In this document: positions 61,084-64,000 of the stretch, piece by piece
How positions within the stretch are numbered: position 1 is the stretch's first letter
Layout: each line of letters begins with the position of its first letter
NCBI GenBank assembly: GCA_965238175.1
Contig: CBDEGZ010000003.1
Location: 800,001-864,000, forward strand
Source: Gammaproteobacteria bacterium
Lineage (GTDB): Bacteria; Pseudomonadota; Gammaproteobacteria; CAJXQU01
DNA: 64,000 nucleotides
Direction of reading: 5' to 3'
The notes under the pieces: generated by a model
The model's database searches: none
What the model was told of the DNA's origin: nothing
The model's input: the letters and a program-made list of their open reading frames with translations, nothing else
Made by a program: the position numbers and the translations under genes

Positions 61084-61776
61084 TTAATCGAAGGGTAGAT
61101 CAACGGCATAACAAAGATAGCGTATAAAAGGGCTACCGATTGAAAGTACATTGATTGTGTTTTCGAGTAATTCTTTTGACGTCATTTCTGATTTCTTCAT
61201 ATCGTGAATTGCGGTAAAACTTTTTCGTTTTAGATCTTCAATCAGAGGATGATCTTTATCGAAACCACGTGGTGGGTTTTTAAGTGTATCAATGCTAGGC
61301 CTGAAATGTGTAGAAAATTCTGGATCATTCTTTGCTGCTAACCAGGCACGCGGATTTTCATCAATACACTCACGAATTTTTCTTAATGTAGGACTTTCTG
61401 GTCGCCATATTCCAAGCCCTGTGAAGCATTGTTCATTGGAGAGGTGAACAAAGTAGCAAGGCGCGTGGACATCTTTAGCAGCTTGATGTCGAATGGTGAT
61501 CCCGATATTAATTTTGTAGGGTGTTTTGTCTTTGGAGAAACGTGCGTCTCGATAAATACGCATTAATGATCCACCGACTTTCTTGGGAATTGCGCGAAAG
61601 CGCGGTGATAAAGAAGGTAAAGCTTCGCCCATGTCTTCAATAAATTGTAAAGAAGGTGAACGAACCACATCTTCGTAACGCTGTTTATTTTCGTTGAACC
61701 AGTCGCGATTATTATTATTTTCAAGTTCCTTTAGAAACTGAAAAGTTTTATTAGTGAAGTAGGCCTTGCTGCTCAT
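61084..61776 (-). CDS. DUF2461 family protein
   Basis: FL.EL..NNNRDWF..NK.RYE, RIYRD.RFSKDKTPYK, LK..PRGF..DHP..E.LKRK. Confidence 0.9.
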   Translation of the reverse strand: MSSKAYFTNKTFQFLKELENNNNRDWFNENKQRYEDVVRSPSLQFIEDMGEALPSLSPRFRAIPKKVGGSLMRIYRDARFSKDKTPYKINIGITIRHQAAKDVHAPCYFVHLSNEQCFTGLGIWRPESPTLRKIRECIDENPRAWLAAKNDPEFSTHFRPSIDTLKNPPRGFDKDHPLIEDLKRKSFTAIHDMKKSEMTSKELLENTINVLSIGSPFIRYLCYAVDLPFD

Positions 61777-61829
61777 TTTTGATCAAATAACATTGAGGAA
61801 TGTCTATATCTTAAGAATGGTTAACAAAT

Positions 61830-61863
61830 AAAAAAAGGGTATAAGACTAACCTTATACCCTTT
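61830..61863 (-). terminator. Intrinsic terminator of the cytochrome c5 gene
   Basis: Minus strand AAAGGGTATAAG-GTTAGT-CTTATACCC followed by a T run. Confidence 0.8.
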
Positions 61864-61918
61864 GATGATGTTAATTTGAGAATAACGTTTGTTTATTTAT
61901 AAGCTTCATCCATATAGC

Positions 61919-62674
61919 TTATTTACTGCCAGTAACCATATGATCAACAGCGGCTTTCACTTCATCATCAGTCAGTTTTGCGTTGCCGCCTTTTGGTGGC
62001 ATCATGCCCTTACCCATAAATCCGTTGATAGCGTGTTCATAAAGCATGTCATTGCCCTGAGCGATTCGAGCTGTCCAACCTTCTGCATCGCCGTATTTAG
62101 GCGCACCTGCAACACCTGTTGTATGACAAAGTGCGCAGCTCGCTTCATAAACTGCTTTTCCATCAACACCGCCACTTGCTGCCATTTCTGCTGGTTCAGC
62201 TGTCGCTGCCATCGCAACCGTTCCGCCTACTGCAGTGATCATATAATCAACCGCGGCTTTGACATCATCATCAGAGAGATCAGCACGACCACCTTTTGCT
62301 GGCATCATTGAGCCAGATGCACCGGTATAACCATTAATAGCGTTTGAATATAACTTATCATTGCCTTGTGCGAGGCGATCTGCCCATGTTGCTTTGTCAC
62401 CTTGTTTAGGTGCGCCAGCCAACCCTTGGGCGTGACAAGCAAAACAAACACCGTCGTAAATCTCTTGTCCTTTTCCGCCTGAAGATGAAGAGGCCGGGGC
62501 TTCTGTACCGCCACTTTCACTGGCGACATTGACTTCACCAACGGGTGCTGTGTTTTCTTTTACCGCTTCTTCTGAAATTTCTTCACCTTTATCAGATGAA
62601 CATGCACCGATTAAGAATGTGGAAAAAAGAAATACTGCAAATGCTGTAGGCTTGCAAACTTTTCGAATAGTCAT
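61919..62674 (-). CDS. Di-heme cytochrome c5-family lipoprotein
   Basis: IGAC lipobox; two repeats each with CxxCH (CFACH, CALCH), GAPK.GD...W..R, MP.KGG, VKAAVD.M. Confidence 0.92.
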   Translation of the reverse strand: MTIRKVCKPTAFAVFLFSTFLIGACSSDKGEEISEEAVKENTAPVGEVNVASESGGTEAPASSSSGGKGQEIYDGVCFACHAQGLAGAPKQGDKATWADRLAQGNDKLYSNAINGYTGASGSMMPAKGGRADLSDDDVKAAVDYMITAVGGTVAMAATAEPAEMAASGGVDGKAVYEASCALCHTTGVAGAPKYGDAEGWTARIAQGNDMLYEHAINGFMGKGMMPPKGGNAKLTDDEVKAAVDHMVTGSK

Positions 62675-62878
62675 AAAAGGCTCTCTTGTTAAATATTGGT
62701 TTAAAAATGTTGTTTTTTTATAGTCGTTATTTGTGTGAGTATACAGTTTGAAAAGCGTTTAAGAAACTAAATTAAGGATCAAATCTAGTTGGAATACAGA
62801 CGTTTCTGTAGCTACATCATGGAATGTAGCCTCTAAACATGTTGGATCAAATAGATACAAATAAAGTCTTAACTTAAT

Positions 62879-63511
62879 TTATAGCACGCCAGGAAATAGA
62901 CCCTTAATACCATTAGCAATAAATTCCACTGCAATAGCCGTTAGAATCAGTCCCATAACGCGGGTAAAAATATTGATCCCGGTGTTTTGTAATCGGCCTG
63001 TTATCCAAGGCATTAATAATAGAGCGATCCACAAGACCATACATAGAATCACAATATCCGCGGCGACGAGCATATAATGACCAACATCTGATCCTTGATG
63101 GGCAAAAAGAATCACCGTGCTGATCCCCCCCGGGCCAGCAAGCACTGGCATAGCAAGAGGGACAACCGCAACTGATTCTTTTGAAGCGCCCTCGAGAATT
63201 TCTTCATCTGTTTGAGCCGTTCCACTGGGGCGTGCATGCAACATGGAAATCGCCATTAATAACAACAAAATCCCACCAGCGACTCGAAAGGAATCGATCG
63301 AAATTCCAAAAAAACTCAGTAGTAGCTCTCCAATAAACAACGACACCAATAATATGATGCAAACCGAAACAGCAACCATCTTCGCGATGCGTTTTCGCTC
63401 CGCGTTCGTTTCATGAAGTGTCAAGGTAAGAAACACAGGAATGGCGCCAAGTGGATTGACGATGGCGATTAAACTGATCAGCATTTTCAGATATTCAGTG
63501 TGCTCAAGCAT
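62879..63511 (-). CDS. MarC family membrane protein
   Basis: Probable start 63511; NPLGAIPVF, FGIS..SFR.AGG, VPLA.P..AGPG, R.MGL.L.AIAV. Confidence 0.92.
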   Translation of the reverse strand: MLEHTEYLKMLISLIAIVNPLGAIPVFLTLTLHETNAERKRIAKMVAVSVCIILLVSLFIGELLLSFFGISIDSFRVAGGILLLLMAISMLHARPSGTAQTDEEILEGASKESVAVVPLAMPVLAGPGGISTVILFAHQGSDVGHYMLVAADIVILCMVLWIALLLMPWITGRLQNTGINIFTRVMGLILTAIAVEFIANGIKGLFPGVL

Positions 63512-63732
63512 GATCCAGATCTCAGTTGGGCTTAATACCATTGTAGCTGATTAGAAAATATTAGTGATTTACTGGAGAAAAATATTCGTAATACTTTGCT
63601 TAAATAACTTAACTTTTTTTTAGTTACCTCTTCATAGAGTAATTAAAAGTTTTGTTTCTAAGTTATTCAAGCAGAGTTTCTTTCCGGTAGAGTGATGCTA
63701 AAATCATGACAAACAAAATAAAATATACGGAT

Positions 63733-64000
63733 ATGAACAAAATTGTTTTTTTAATAACCACGATATTACTTTTATCTTCTTGTGCAAATATAGAACAGAT
63801 AGATAATAAAACACGTCAGTACGGATCTAACAAACCAGAGTTTGTGGTTAATAAAATAAGCATTCAATCTTATAGCTTAAAGTATTATGGTAGTTCTTCC
63901 GTTTCTGAAAAAGATGCGGTAAACAATTGGAATAAAAAAGCCAATTCACTTTGTGGTAAAAAGAAGGCATCAACGACTATCATCAATAATGAGGCTGTAA
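63733..64000 (+). CDS. Hypothetical lipoprotein, 3' truncated by window edge
   Basis: Hand translation MNKIVFLITTILLLSSCANIEQ...; LSSC lipobox; frame stays open to the window end; alternative start 63706. Confidence 0.6.
   Translation, partial: MNKIVFLITTILLLSSCANIEQIDNKTRQYGSNKPEFVVNKISIQSYSLKYYGSSSVSEKDAVNNWNKKANSLCGKKKASTTIINNEAV

Noticed and set aside
60912-61151. 79 aa minus-strand ORF
   Set aside because: Overlaps the DUF2461 gene end and is better explained as part of a frameshifted IS3 orfA relic
62811-62830. GCTACAT/ATGTAGC 7-bp hairpin
   Set aside because: Too short to separate from chance

Overview
Chromosomal window from a gammaproteobacterium, inferred from conserved gene orders (aroQ-accBC-prmA-dusB-fis-purHD; coaBC-dut-algC-argB-slmA; radC-rpmB-rpmG). 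It is mostly housekeeping: his, heme, SAM cycle, a tkt-gap-pgk-pyk-fba operon, nucleotide metabolism and DNA repair. The main accessory feature is a ~15 kb minus-strand cluster (about 19.8-35.2 kb) encoding an atypical type IV filament (MSHA/T2SS-like) machine. It has a sigma54 activator with a PrsR-like receiver, an ExeA/MshM-type ATPase, a lipoprotein secretin, an ExeB-like/TPR protein, an MshEN-type assembly ATPase, a platform protein, three alignment-type proteins and only two large, mutually related pilin-like proteins; no small major pilin, PilT or prepilin peptidase is seen. Other notable items: an OhrR-like regulator divergent from a cytochrome P460/c'-beta family gene across a perfect 26-bp palindrome; a VPLPA-CTERM zinc metalloprotease; a membrane-anchored long AlgC; a family of structured MITE-like repeats (one full 293-bp copy, one solo module, one collapsed copy); two other palindromic repeats; and a decayed IS3 orfA. 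No rRNA, tRNA or CRISPR array was seen. All calls come from reading motifs by eye; no database search was run.
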